Below are positions 11,201 through 25,187 of a stretch of DNA of 48,990 nt, piece by piece (the first letter of the stretch is position 1; each line of letters starts with the position of its first letter). Both the position numbers and the translations under genes were made by a program. Origin of the DNA: Catajapyx aquilonaris (taxonomy: Eukaryota); the NCBI GenBank assembly GCA_000934665.2, contig KZ538767.1:1-48990 (forward strand). Direction: 5' to 3'. The notes below the pieces were generated by a model. The model saw only the letters and a program-made list of their open reading frames with translations. It did no database searches and was not told the DNA's origin.

Positions 11201-14200
11201 TAATGTAATCAAGGTGGGAGTCGAAACAGCTCCCAAGGGCCACCAACAAGAAAGGGGAGCCACTGCAGATAAACTTTGCCGCTCTAATTACCTGACAATC
11301 GGGGATCAAAGTCATGATATGCGCAGGACCTTAGTCCCCTCTTTGCCTTTCCGGCACAATCAAAGTTTTGTTTGACTATAACAATAGAAATATTAGATGC
11401 CTTAAAGCTGTAATTTATTTGCAGATAAATAACATCGCAATAGCACTTTTCACTGCTTATGCTATAGCATATGCTGACACTCTTTCGACACTGAATTGGA
11501 GGCATTTTCCCATTTTAACCGATAATATTTTTTGATAACAACGGCCAATTATAGTACCTCACTCATTAAGGGCCTTAATAAAAACGCAGTTCACACTCGT
11601 TGGCTCAGTTTCCTGCCTGAGATATATAGCCAAGAGTGATAATTGAGGATGGATTTCCAGGGCAGTCAGAGCCCGAGTGCCTCTAAAGCGGAAGAGAGTA
11701 CAAAGAAGAGTGGGAGAATGCCAGAATTTCTGCTCAGTCAAATTTACGGCGTAGAAAAGAAGAAGAGAATAAGAAAGGAAAGTCTATTTGGCTCTCCAAT
11801 GCAGCAGATTTTGTCGCGGTCTGCTGCTTTCAATCTTGGGGTTTTGGGAGGAAATATTTTTTTTGGGGGGGTGGAAAAGGCCAGAAATGTCTTTTAGTAA
11901 TGATCGCACTTGGACACTGGACAATAATATGAACATCGTTACAAATCTGGTCCAACGTTACGTAAGCTCGTTCGAAAGGTTATAACGTGACCTTCGTGCC
12001 GACATGCACGGATGTAATCCTTGAACTTGCAACGTTTTCGCAAATTATAGGCATACCACCGGAAAGCGAAAAAAAAATTCGTACTATAACACATAAACTT
12101 CACCTGTATACGATAAGAAACCGCATGCGGTTTTCTTCAAGCTAGACCCGACATAATCACGCGTTAAATCACGTTAAGGCTGCAAGCATCACGTAAACTC
12201 ACGATCGGTCTAAAATCGGGAAGATATTTTTGTACACCACTATGGAAGGAGTATACGCAAAAGATTCGAAGAAACAGTGAGATTCCAGAGTCCCTATATT
12301 TTGTGGCCGTCCTCCATCTTGGTGGTATAATTCAGCCATTTCCGCCCGTCTACTATCCTGCGCTTTGGGAACAAATTCCCAGCCGAAGAGGGTTTGCTAC
12401 GGAGACCATTCATCATCCCAGCCAAACAAGAAGAACGGGGTGTGGGCACGAAGGTTGGAGGGGTATGCCCGACAGATGTAGCTTTAAGGAAAGGTCTGAT
12501 GCTATAAATACGGAAAGGTGTGGCGAAAGAAAGGATATATTATGTGACACTGACTATCAGATAATTATGAGCAAAGTGCCGATTACAAAATTATATATCT
12601 AATATATATATAGTATATTACAATAATATACAATAATATGTATGTAAGTAGTATGCGCAGGTTACAGTACAATATTACAAGAGTTACTCCTGGGGGCACA
12701 CAAAATACTGTAGCCTACAGTAATGTTTACCGGACCCACTATAATAGCAGCCTCTTACATGTGAAATGTACCGGTACTGTACTGTACACCTGCTTCGTAC
12801 CTTTGCTAGCTGATACGCTACTGTAAACCCTTTTTAATAATATTACAGTTACGTAGCCTTACGAGGTACACATCCTGGTGGTGCACTATCCGTGGACGAA
12901 GGTCCGTAGTGCAGAAGGTGGGAATAAACAGTTGTCAACTGCTTAATCCATCAGCAGAGCGTTTAAATTATTGCTTTTATTGTCTATACTTTCACTAATC
13001 AGGGCCACATTCAATTGAGATTGTTGCTTCTCTTTAAATGGCTGTTGGGATGAACAATCAATAAGTTCTCTCTCCTCCCGCTTTTGGACTGTAGATTTGG
13101 GTAGTGCATTATCCTGTATATTGAATCCTAAAATATTTATGCTTCCAAAATGTTCCCGTTACAGTTGCTGAAAGTTATAAGCACAACTGGGATCGGAACT
13201 TCCAGACTCCGTAATGTAGATCATTAAAAAATATTTGCTACCAGCGAAGTGAAAGGCAATATTACTGTATTTATTTTAATAATGAGGTCAATATGCACAA
13301 CTTTCAGCATTATGCAGTAACTGCCTCATTTTTTTTAGATATGTGCTGTTAGTTGTTAGATAGCGTCTGCAAATCGAAGCTATCGGAGATATACAGAATA
13401 GACTGGAAAACTGCTGGAAAAGGTTTCATTTCCAAGTTACAAATTACAAATTACAAATGAATTGCCTGCGGCACATCAGGACGAATCATAATATGACCGA
13501 TTTTACGCAATAATCATAAGTACGGTATATTATTTGAAAAGCAATGTAGAAAGTTCTTTCAATTTTAAAACAACAGATCATACCTCATGTCCTATATACG
13601 TGGAAAAGAAATAAAGAAATCATCTAAAGCTTTACCGCTCTTACAATATAGTATTTTGGTGTCATACTTTGGCATAATCGAGCCAATCTCTTTGGCAGCC
13701 CTGACCAATCGTGTTATCTCATCCGGTACCCCAACGCAAACGTGACAACTTTGGAGATAAAGACCTCAGGAAGGCGTGGAATATTTCGCGAAGAAGCCTA
13801 CCTTGTGGAACATGACAACAATAGTAGATCGGAGTATCTATCGTTTCGGATAAAAATAAGACCTTAGGTCGGGAAAAACACAAAACATCTGCTAAATCAC
13901 GCTGACGTCCCTAACCGTTTATAGGTATACAATTTCATCAGTTGTTGACAGTCAGTTGTTGCAGTAACATGTCAGGACCAGAGTTCGATATCAGCTATTT
14001 TAAGGTGCTGTTTTGATTCTTCCTCAGGTTTGTTTGTCTACACTCTGGGAGTCAACTTACTGACGTTTTGTTTCATTTGAAGGAGGAGAGGTCACCGACA
14101 CATTTGTCACAGTTGGAAGAGGTCTTCTACGTATAAGAAATTCCTCCGCCAGACGTAGGGATAAATGACTACAAAAAGACGTAAGGGTAGTAATTAACAC

Positions 14201-15885
14201 ATAATGACCATGTACCTCGTCCTTGAACTATTCCAAGACCAAAAATTCTCTGACATTTTTTGGCAATGCCAATTATTATTATAGGTCATTCTACCATTGT
14301 GCGGGAGTTTCTGATCACCATGTGTGCAGAATGGCATTGAAAATTTCTGTCAAAGGATGGGTTTAGTGCAGTCATAAAATCATATTTTGTGTTCATCAGG
14401 TAATCGGATCCGATTAGCTCTAAAAATAAAGCCACTAGCGTCATGTTTATTGCATTTGCATTTTATTGGCAAGTGGTAATTCTCCTGTTTTTGCCATTAT
14501 GTAGAGCGAGGAACTGTGATCAAATAAGATATTTCTGAATATATTTGAAGCCAATTAGTAGGCAACTCCCCCCCATTTGGATTTTTGCAACCCGATTAAG
14601 CCATGTGGTTCACAATAACTCCCAAGCCGCATGCATGACGCAGTAATTTTTCACGGCCAATAAATTTCGAATGCCTCTTTTGTAAGGAATTAATTTGCAA
14701 TTACATTAATCCTAATGAGCGTGCAATGCACATGAATCAATGCACTTATCAATATAAAACGGGATCATGTATGTTGTCTTTGCCAGGCCGGCAAATTATT
14801 TCGATTCACGTATACATTTTCAAATCAAGCTGTATTTTAAAACCAGTAATTACATAATTTTTGTTAATTAATTTGATGACAATACGTAAATTATGTTCTG
14901 CTACTGCATATCTACCCCCTTAAGATTACCGGTCTCGCAATGCGGCAATGTTATCGACAAAAAGTGTCCTAGTTCCCCGTGAAATATTCTACGCAGAAAT
15001 ATTTTTGCAGAATCGTAAAGGTATGCAGATGTAACGACACAACGTAAACCAGCTTGTTTAACACTCAAAAAGTGCGCCTCTTCCTCCCCCCCCACCCCCN
15101 ATTTCTCACCCCCTTCCCCTACTTTACCCGAAGGCGAGCCGAAGAACCCCGATGTTACGCCTTCTTGTCAGACTCCTCCCATATTTTGACGTTTTTTAAA
15201 ACTAATATATAACTCACCTTAATATATATCACTACATACCCCGTCAAAGCAGTATTTTCAGGGCACATATTAACATCGAAAAGCCAGGAACACAAGAGCT
15301 GGGAGGAGGTAAAAGTTTAATTCGGACGCGCCTGAAGAACTGCATCCAAATAATATCCAACCAAGTCCTTAGAAAACCAATGGGGGGGACTACCTCCTGC
15401 CAACTTTTGCTTCCTGGCTATTCAAGCCGACTTAGGATGCTCTGCGACCTGTTGGTGCAGTTCTCGCGATGCGACCATGTAGTCTCTGTGTATACAGCCA
15501 AATGCGATTTTTACAATGCAGTAAGCGTTGACTTAGGTTATTGTGAATTACATGTCAGGTGTAGATACATATAAGTACGATTGCGTGACCTGAACCATGT
15601 GATATTAATTTGCAAATATAACTACCGGCATACCGCACTTTTACGGCGCTTCGCTTTACGACGTACTGCGCGGCGTTTGCAATTGTCGAGGCAGTGGTAG
15701 AGGCAATTATATTATTTTCGGCTTACTGCTCTTGCGGCGCACTGGCATATCAGCTATTTAATATATTAGTTTTATTTAAAGGATTCGAGCCAGCTTCGAG
15801 CTATTGTGTTGTAATACATGATAGTGTAAACATTGAGGCGATGCACTAGGAAGTGTAAAAAGCCTGCGATTTGCTTTGCACAATA

Positions 15886-16089
15886 CAGGGTGTTTCAACT
15901 TTTTTTGTCCGAACAGTTATCTGAAATATTGCACTAAGCTGCTACTTTGTAAGCAGTGTATGCCACTTCAGCCTAAGATTCACAGGGAATATTTCCAGAC
16001 AAATCGGTTGCAAGTCACTGCTTACAAAGTAGCAGCTTATAGTGCAATATTTACGATAACTGTTCGGACAAAAAAGTTGAAACACCCTG
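15886..16089. mobile_element. Tc1/mariner-type MITE
   Basis: TA|CAGGGTGTTTCAACTTTTT...AAAAAGTTGAAACACCCTG|TA; ~70-bp inverted arms; TA TSD. Confidence 0.9.
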
Positions 16090-16230
16090 TATATCAGGCC
16101 AGAGGCCAGGCGGAGGAGTTACTTGGCCATAATGTCAAAAAATATGGGTTTTAAAATTTGAATTGAAATGTATGCCTTTGTAATTTTTACATAAAACCTG
16201 AGGATCCCTTCTGCATTTTACTCCAGTATA

Positions 16231-16600
16231 TATATATATATATATTTTTTTTCTTTTTTTCTTTTCATTTACCCCGTGATACAGCCTCTTGGTTGTTATA
16301 GGGGGGTGGCAGACCACCATACAGTTTTCTAATTAATTTTTTCTTCGGTCACCGGTGCAAGGAATACTAGGAAATTGGGTAAGGGTTGGGGGTTTGGGGA
16401 GGGGACACATGTGCAGGTGCATTGTCCAGCGGTGGGCCAGGTGCAGTCCCCCAGGAGGTCAGGTTGCCAAGACGCCTCCTTAGGCGCGGGTCACGACCCA
16501 TTGACGCAAGCGAAAGGTTTTACTCCCGGGTGGGGATTTGAACCCGGGACCTTTAGCATAGCAAGCCGAGACGTTACCATCTCGGCCACCGTGCCTCCCC
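16231..16600 (-). mobile_element. tRNA-derived SINE, family B
   Basis: Head GGGGAGGCACGGTGGCCGAGATGGTAAC...GGGTTCAAATCCC; A-rich/(TA)n tail; 17-bp TSD CATTTTACTCCAGTATA (16214-16230, 16601-16617). Confidence 0.92.
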
Positions 16601-18289
16601 CATTTTACTCCAGTATAGTCTGATGTGCATGTATATCTGAAAAATTTAAACTCAACAATGATTTTGAGAATCGCTGAAATTGCTCATAAAATTCTTCGTG
16701 TTTGAGATTTTAATGTGGAGAAAATTATTGACCACAGCAACATACGATATCGTATATTGGCTGAGTATGTTGGTTCTTTACAACTAACAGTAAGTTGAAT
16801 GTGACGGAAATATGGGAGATTTAGATTACGAAAAATATTAAGTAATCGGGCGGTGAAAATTTACTATATGACCCTCTCTTTCACAATGCTGACTTTTACT
16901 TGCTTTTACTAAAAACGTCCCAAACGTCCATTCAGATATTAATGTCACAAGAGTGAGAGAACCTTGAGGCAATCTTTCTAACAGTTTACAGCTGCTCGAA
17001 TCTGCTCTTTTTCGAAAAATAGAATAATTAACATAATTAACACTGATGCCATGCAAAATGCGTCAATGGATTCAGTGGCACGCCTGATTGGCTCTGGGCT
17101 TTGGTAGTTTGTGTCCAGGTGCACTAAGAGGCTAGACGTTGGTTTAAAAATTTCCTTAGGGAAGTGCCATAGGCTAGTGTTAACAAAATGTGCTTGTATG
17201 CATTATATACAGGGTGTCCCTAAACTAATACGAAAGTATGAATAAATCAGTCCAGATCCGTATGTATACCTGGGTGCTCTGATTAAAGGAGGAATATGCT
17301 TGCATGATTCTTACTGGCCGAGGGTTATACAAAAAGGCCTACTAATCCTATGTATTCGGCGAAAGTGTGACGTCACATGCAGATGAGCCAGAAACACTGC
17401 ATAGGCTCAGGCAGAACTGAGGTAGGCGGGAGGGTGCATGCCACCGGAGGCGAGCAGGCCGAAAGGTAACTAAGATCCAGCAAAGTGTATCTTGTCTTGA
17501 CACCTGCACACTGCATACCTATGTATGTCACACCCATTTGTTTGTTATGACTGACGTTACATTTGTTGTCATTAATATTGTTACTCTCACAGTCAGAGTA
17601 GGCTAATGACAACAATATAGTGACGTCTGTCTAAACCTTTTAAAAATATTTTAGAAATTTGGATTAGAAATTCAGAAATTGATTATTCTTCTGTGGTTTT
17701 TTATATAGTTACTCGTATGCACTTCTGATCGACGCCATTTTGAATGGGCTTAGTTTTTTTTTGTAAAATCAGGTTGAGTAGGCCTACATATTTGTAAAGC
17801 TGGGAATATATTGTTCACTAACATATGAGAGAGGAGAGCAAACTTTTTGAATTGAAGTATGCGCCTGGGCTCTCTACAATTACGAACTTTACAGTTTCCA
17901 TTTTGTTCCTAGGGCTCATTTTACAGGCTTATGTACTGCACCTTCAAGTATTAGCAATGTCAGCATAACGTTCTAAAATTTCTGTAGCCTACGTGTACGG
18001 CAATAACAACAGAGCAAGGAGGACTTTTGGTTAGGCAACTTGTCGCCCTGGGGTGTTGTGCAGTGGTCTGAAACCGAACCCGCCGCATTACCGAGACATG
18101 CTTGTATTACTCAATAATATTATTGTTTACGTGAACCGCCCATTACATTTGCACTTACTCAACTAAGCTTCAGGTAATAAATGCACCATTGTATGCCATT
18201 AAATGTACAAAATAATGTACTATGTGCATCTAAAATAGTATTGCCAGCAGCACGTTGGTAAGTTGCTTACTGATTCAGTATACAGCTTA

Positions 18290-18955
18290 ATGACTGAAGC
18301 AAAAGTTCATCCACACGTGGAACATACGTGGAACTATGCATTATCATCAGATTTCTGACCAGGGAAGGAGTGAAACTGTTGGAAATTTGCACCAGACACA
18401 GTATGGTGAAGACATGTCAGGCAGAAGAATTTACACATGAAGTAAGGACCTATAAAAGAATGTCTTATAGAGGGACTAGAACGCGTCGAGAACGAACCGA
18501 ATCCCCAGTGGCCAAGAACATCGACAACGGCAGAGAATGCTGCCCGAGTTGATGAGCTCATTCCTGATGACGGGCGGATTATTGCCAGGGATATTACCTC
18601 CATTTTGAGCATCAGCCTTGGTAGTGTGGATTCCATCATCAAGGAGGAACTGAAGTATCGAAAATAAAAACTAGAGTTTCATCTGCATCCTGCAAGACAA
18701 TCCACGTCCGCATGTCGCTAAGTCGCTTCCCACACGATGGCGACGCGACGATACAAAAGTGGGCTGTTCTCCCCTATCCCTACACTCTTGATCTCGCCCC
18801 GTCGCGTCGCGTCGCCGCGCGCCGTCGTTTCACGAAGGTGCATTGAAAGGAGAGGAACCATGTTCAATGATGATGTGACCAACATACGTATATGAATTTC
18901 TCTCTTTGCTTCTGTAATTAGCAAATCGCTGTTCATATTATTTGAGCGCTCCTTG
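18290..18955 (+). pseudogene. Internally deleted mariner (DD34D) transposase pseudogene with 3' TIR
   Basis: Fragments IIIRFLTREGVK; PRTSTTAENAARVDELIPDDGRIIARDITSILSISLGSVDSIIKEELKYRKI; LQDNPRPHVA (HDNARPH-like); YTLDLAPS (YSPDLAPS-like); terminus TTATTTGAGCGCTCCTTG|TA. Confidence 0.88.
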
Positions 18956-20958
18956 TATTATTTTTTTTTTGATAGGCCTACACTCACTCATATAGCCATG
19001 AATATTTTTGTCAGAATCCTAGACTCCCAAAAGGTCGAGCTACCAAATAATTCAATTTATCCTCGGTTAGCATGGAATCAACCTACTTTTGCCAAGGGAG
19101 GATTCCAGTGACAGCACTGTCAGCAGAGGCAGACTGTATCGGATATTTGGGTCCAGGAGTGGGACATGGTGTCCAATTGGGAATATCTTGTGGCTCTCCT
19201 ACCACTCGGATGTCAACCAAATTAGTTCCTCTGGCAGAAGAGTAATGTTCAGATTTTTCGCACCTTTTGCCTTGACCTATTTGTGATCATGCTTGCATAC
19301 GGTTCACTGGCTCCCTTGCTTTCATCTGTGTGACACTTGTTATGTAGCCTACAGTATAAGAATGGTACAAAACTGCAAATTATTTTTAGCCCAGAAGGTA
19401 GGCTACACCGAATGTACAGATTGCAAGGAAAGAGAGGATCCCTTCCAAGATAGTTTTTTTTGACTGCCACAAATTAGTGGAAGTTATTCCTAACAATGTA
19501 ATATGAAAAGTGAAACTCTATTGTCATATCTAGCCTATTCTAGTATTTCGGAAATCTGCATTTAAAATGGGTGCAATTTTTGATTTACAGCTGACACTGG
19601 AGAAGCCAGCAACCTGAGATCCATTTTTATTTTATGTTTTATGGAATGGTAGCCAGCATAGCCTAATGGCTACCTAATGGTTACCCCTGAATGGAACTTA
19701 TGCCATGATGTAAATGAATGTATGAATGTATGGAATGGTAGATGATTGCTTATTTAGAGTTGCCAATGGGGAAGTAGCCTTCATTTTGGAAACTACATAA
19801 TAAATTCGCCCATATTTTTTGAATTTTTTTGGCATATTCCGTTTTAAGCTATCAGTTTCGGTTCCGGAGATATTGGCGTTTTTTCGTAGGCAAATGGTGA
19901 CGTCACTGTTTGCCTGGAAAATGTTGACGTCACGCGAAGTGAAATGAACGCAAAAATGGTGTATTTTACTCAATTCCGCCGTGGCGCTGACTGGAGGTCG
20001 CCATGATGTGAACTGGATCGTGAACATCTCCATATTGCGGCCATCTTGGTATACGCTATTGGTAGCACGAGTTGTACCGACAGGGTCGCTAGTTTGTTAT
20101 GGCGAATGAACGACACGCACAGCGAGATTCCATTGTTTTTACTAGCGCCGCTGCGGGAAGTAATAACGGATCAGCCTTTTCTATTGCGCTGGGATAGAAG
20201 TGTCTAGGGGCTGTTAGCAACCGTCCCATTCCGTGAGCAAGATAGCGGCCGGGGCGCGTATTTATTCCAGGCCGCTCAAGTCGCTCCTGTGCTGACAGTG
20301 GTGCCAACTGGTAGGAATTATCTGTCACCCGAATTCGGCACGTGAAGGCCCCTTTTCTCCACCTCGATGTCCTACAGCTTCCTTGCGAATGCTTTCCGTC
20401 GTGTCCGCGGTTAATTCAAAGTCAAATTCCTCATATCTCGCAGTCAACCAGGCATTTCAGTGTACCCTTTCGATTGGCACCACCCGGCCGCCCCGTTTTT
20501 CCCGCCAATTTTGAAGGCACTTTTAAATGTGCCGTAATTTATCCAGTAATGTCATTTTGATGCAACAGAGTGATGGAATGTATGTTTACAGGCATGGGCT
20601 AGCTAGTTATGAACAAAAATCCCAAATCCCAGACCAAGGCTACTTCCCCATTGCTATAACTGGAATATGAATGAAATTAATATGCCAAAAATTACAGTTC
20701 CCCATTGTATCGTCATCCTGTTTGAAGCTAAACCTTATCCTGTGTAACAAGCAATGCAAAATCAATTATTTCTTTTTTAAATCCGGTATCCATTTTATAG
20801 CTGCGATACCCGGCGTTGCCCGGGAAGAAATGAATGAAGGGATAACACCTACCTGTAGCCCCGTAAAAAATTTCCCGCACAGAGAGCCGCCATGACACTT
20901 TTAGGAAGGCCGGGTCCATGGTCATAGACTACTAAGGTCTGGACACTCCCACCTACCC

Positions 20959-21361
20959 CCTGCCGGGGCGTTTTGCAGGAGGTGCTCACCTGAGAGCGCC
21001 ATGAGACCTGTCACGGAGCTATTATGTCAGTGGTTTCCAACCTTTTACCAACTGCGACTCCCCCCCCCCTCAGCCCCTTTTACAACTGCCCCATTTCCAG
21101 AAAACATACACTCTGTACGGTCGCAAAATTTGTTCAATTTGCACAGAAATTGCAAAAAAAAGCTGAACAAAAGGCTCGCGACCCCCCGCGACCCTCAGGT
21201 TGGAAACCACTGTATTATGTGGCCATGTTGGGCCCACATGTAGGGCTTCCCTTTTGTACCTATAAAGTTCAGCGTAGTCCGGTAGGGTCGCCTAATAAAT
21301 GCTCCGTGAAATGTCTCATGGCGCTCTCAGGTGAGCACCTCCTGCAAAACGCCCCGGCAGG
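20959..21361. mobile_element. Inverted-repeat element (49-bp perfect arms, extending imperfectly to ~60 bp)
   Basis: CCTGCCGGGGCGTTTTGCAGGAGGTGCTCACCTGAGAGCGCCATGAGAC (20959-21007) and its reverse complement (21313-21361). Confidence 0.8.
21028..21212. mobile_element. hAT-type MITE
   Basis: TIRs CAGTGGTTTCCAACC/GGTTGGAAACCACTG; perfect 8-bp TSD TATTATGT (21020-21027, 21213-21220). Confidence 0.93.
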
Positions 21362-22295
21362 CGATAAGATAAGAACGTATAGAGGTAGTGTCCGGTGGCT
21401 GGCCGGGTCGGAAGGACGGGAGAGGTTGGAGGTGTAGGAAGCGGACCACAGACGGCAGGCGAATGAGATAGTTGGCGTGCCGGACGGACGGACAGACAGA
21501 ATGACATCCGTCTTTATTGATATATTAGGATTAGGAAGGCCGGGAGAGGTTGGAGGTGTTGCAGATAGACCACAGATAGCAGGCAAATGACGGTTGGCGT
21601 TATACAGGTGGGAGAGGTTGAAGGTGTTGGGAGTGTAGGTACACAGATGACATTGGTGGGCGGACAGACAGACAGACTCACATCCGTCTTTATTTATATA
21701 GAAGATAGATATGAATCTCTAAAAATCGAGCGTTATTAAATATTGCTGGAAAATTTTTAATATAAAAATTATCTCAGGCTACTGGTGTTTCCTGCTGACG
21801 TTTGGAATTGGAAAGAAGTGCAAAATCCAATGATGTGTAGTTGTGTACTGGTAGTATAATTTCATGTCAAACTCGAAGGTGAATAATATATATTAACAGG
21901 AGTGAGTGTCTGTACTTCCACTGATATGGATGGGAGCTCCATCATTAAACAAATGGTTTATTAGCTTCAAGTATTACTAGCTTGTATAGAGCATGCATTT
22001 ATGGCTGCATCAAGGAAGTTTAGGAGCAGTACTGCCTTATAATCCATTTCAATTGATCAAGACCTCCTCCACTAATTATGAAAATGTGTCTAGACATCAG
22101 ACTTGGAATTGCTTGACTGAATGTCAGGTACAAAGGAAAAGGTCTGGTGATAGATTTAAATGACTTGACACGTTTCATTAATGCCACCCTTGGGAACCTT
22201 TCCTCGAGGTCACAAAAATTAATGTGTAGGCCTATGTATTCCATTTCACATATACGCGTACTGTATAAGCCTAAGTTTCATAAAAAAATATTTAA

Positions 22296-22483
22296 CCATT
22301 TCGCTACCAGATAGGCCTGAACCACATAGATTTCGGCTTACGCCTACTCCGAAGATACGGACAAGATATTCTACCAATAATAACAGCTCTGTTATTATTG
22401 GTAGAATATTTTGTCCGTATCTTTGGAGTAGGCATAAGCCGAAATCTATGTGCATGGTTCGGGCCTATATGGTAGCGAAGGGG
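22296..22483. mobile_element. TTAA-specific (piggyBac-like) palindromic MITE
   Basis: TTAA|CCATTTCGCTACC...GGTAGCGAAGGGG|TTAA; hairpin over its whole length, centred near 22387. Confidence 0.88.
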
Positions 22484-22827
22484 TTAATAGCAGTTGAAGC
22501 ACTAACTGCATTAATTAACACTTGGTTTTAGGGCCCAATTTAGTGGTCAGACCACAATCTTTTCCTAACATAGGGCCTACCCTCCAGTAACTTGGAATCT
22601 TGACTACGACTTACGTACACTGGCATTGTATATACAAGGTATGTCATGCAAGTTGTTCCAGAAATAAGGCTCAAAAGTTCTTGGAAAATGCTGGCAACAC
22701 ATTGTGATCTGTCTCTCGACACAGATCCTTGACATTACACCTATTCAGCAGCAATGAGTAGTAGATTGCAGTTGTTTATAGTGGTATGGTTTACACCTAA
22801 ATGTCTAAATAAATGTATTGCACTTTG

Positions 22828-23080
22828 CGGGCTGAGAATCATCTTCGGTTAACTCCACTTTTTAATTTTTTTCAGGAGAGTCATTTACATATTCAGAACT
22901 GAATAATTCTGGTCACTTGTGGACTTGAACGAAACTGTTTCCAACTCTCAGAAGGTTTATGATGCCATTATTACAACCTACGTTGGGTGGATATGAACGA
23001 ACATAACACATCCAATGTCAATCCGCTGTTGGCTCGATTTCGTTGAAAAGTGGAGATAACTGAAGATGATTCTCAGCCCG
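22828..23080. mobile_element. Small MITE with ~35-bp TIRs
   Basis: CGGGCTGAGAATCATCTTCGGTTAACTCCACTTTT / AAAAGTGGAGATAACTGAAGATGATTCTCAGCCCG. Confidence 0.7.
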
Positions 23081-23574
23081 TGACCCTTGTTGAAACATCC
23101 AGTAGAGTAGCATTGTTGGAAATGTATTGGACATGGGAGATCAGGAAATAAATGTCAGCTGTGTTTAATGTGGCTCCTCTTGAGTCCAAACAGCTCAATT
23201 AAATGGTATAAAACTGTATAGATTAGGAATAATATTTAAAAAAAGTGTCAGATGTAATAATAACCATTAATTTTTAATAGTTTCTCATTGTTTTTTAACA
23301 CACATATTATGCACATTTTTGAAGTACTCCCTATCACAGTGCAGTTACACACTCACGCACACCCTTGGACAGTCTGGCAGTGTAGCCATAAACAATGAGT
23401 TTGGATATAATGGAAGATGCAACACTCGGAAACTTTTGATACAAAAAAATCACCCATGACTAGTCATTTTTAACTTTTCTTTTAAAATTATGCAGCTGTC
23501 TGAGTAAAACTCGCATCCTCTGGCCATTGTAATACTCTTCTTGCATGGAAGTACACCACTTGGGAATGTTACTA

Positions 23575-23766
23575 TCACGTCAGCACTTCAATGACACGAT
23601 CAGGGAATCCACCAGGTGGTGAAACAGATTTGTGTACCATGATCACGTCATTTGCTAGTCCATTTCGATTCCTCACTTCACTGTATAATCGGAAGCCATT
23701 GTCCTCTAAGTGTCTCTGCAGCACTTCTCTCCCTTCTTTGTCATGGATGTACTCCACGGACATCAC
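23575..23766 (-). CDS. Star-like/FkbM protein, distal terminal coding exon 5b
   Basis: Strong acceptor ctttctcttttattaacag|GTG; VMSVEYIHDKEGREVLQRHLEDNGFRLYSEVRNRNGLANDVIMVHKSVSPPGGFPDRVIEVLT*; phase 0, matching the exon 4 donor. Confidence 0.88.
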   Translation of the reverse strand: MMSVEYIHDKEGREVLQRHLEDNGFRLYSEVRNRNGLANDVIMVHKSVSPPGGFPDRVIEVLT

Positions 23767-25187
23767 CTGTTAATAAAAGAGAAAGTGTTACAAATAAGAG
23801 TAACTGAGAGATGCAGCTCATTGCTGCAATGCCATTGGCTACATGGAAAATAAGCTGCTTTACTTGTTAGGATTATTAATGGCCAAAATTACAGGAAAAT
23901 TAAGCGTTGGCTGGAAGGAAAGGGAGCAAGCTATTAAAAACTAAATAAAGGAAGATGTTAATTATTGAGTTTCAAGCATACTGCAAGCATTCTTAGGATT
24001 AAAATGGGTATAGGCCTACTATTTCAAATATGAATTGGTTGTTCTACCACTTCGGATCTCATTTGACAATTTTTTGGCGAGTTGCACATAATCGATCATG
24101 CCAAAATATATGTCAAATATTTCTGTTGTTAATGAAACCTAAAGAGGTGAGAATTCAGTAAAATGAATTTACCACAAAATTATAAATTGCCACGATGGTG
24201 ACAAATGATACAAGAGGGACGCACCTTATTTGATCAGATTTAGGGTCTCATGCTTTCATTGTAAGCCACTGCACTGGTTTCCCTTGTAAACTATTTAAGA
24301 CATTATTGTCAGACTAACTGGGGAAATATACGAGTAAGTATGTACTTTTTCAGGTATTACATGGAACATTTCTAAGCAGGTTTTTAAATCGTAAGAAGCT
24401 CTCTGTGACACCAGAGCTTGTCATTGTGCACTGACAGTGTGAGCAGGAATGCTGACCTAATAAAAGAATCATTTAATTTCTTACTGGTAGGATAATTTCA
24501 ATTTTTGGTCACAACACAAGTGTGCCAATTAAATTCATCCATATATTTGAAAGCATACATTATCATAGTTTCTTTTATGCATTTTATAATTCTATGGCAA
24601 TGTCAACACAAATAAATTAAAATGAATAAGTGACAAATTAATATGGTTAATAACTGTTATTTACTAATGTTTTTACTGATCATTTTCTTTTCATATATCA
24701 TGTGTACAAAAATATGGCATAAGAGCCCACTGTCATTTTCCCTGAGTTCATTTGGGATGACCCCTGATAACCATCAAATTATCTAGGGCAATATATTGTA
24801 CCATATAATGTGCTCCTTATTTCCATAAAATGTGTAACACTACAAATTAGTAATGAGGGAATTGGATTATTGTTCCAGTAAAAATGTTCTCATTATTATG
24901 ACACAATCCTGGCAACTCTTTAAATCCACTATAAGGGCAGAAAAGGAGAGAGATCCCCTGTTTATACAATTGCCTGTTAACTGTTGTAGTATACTAGTAG
25001 TGTACGTATGTCAGTATGTGCATATACTCATCATAGAATATGAGTGCACCAAAAACATTGCACCACTCAAATATACCGTATAACTCACAAATTTCAAGCA
25101 TTCCAAGATATTCAGCCACCACCATACTTGCAATGACAAAAAGGTTCATCCATCTAATTGGAACATGGGAGATACAGATTTTGTATA

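Larger units (their letters stand above)
20797..21708 (-). mobile_element. Non-autonomous Helitron-like element with nested inserts and a duplicated 5' end
   Basis: 3' hairpin CCCGGCGTTGCCCGGG just inside ATAGCTGCGATA; the other end is GACAGACAGACAG...CATCCGTCTTTATTTATATAGAAGATAGA, and this motif also occurs at ~21490-21530. Confidence 0.6.

Noticed and set aside
13652..13867. 71-codon open plus-strand frame after an AG (YFGVILWHNRANLFGSP...)
   Set aside because: No recognised homology or partner exons; frames of this length are expected by chance in 49 kb
16520..16600. tRNA-like sequences (also ~7775-7845, 28095-28166, 46495-46570)
   Set aside because: They are SINE heads: followed by SINE bodies and tails and flanked by TSDs, with no convincing cloverleaf
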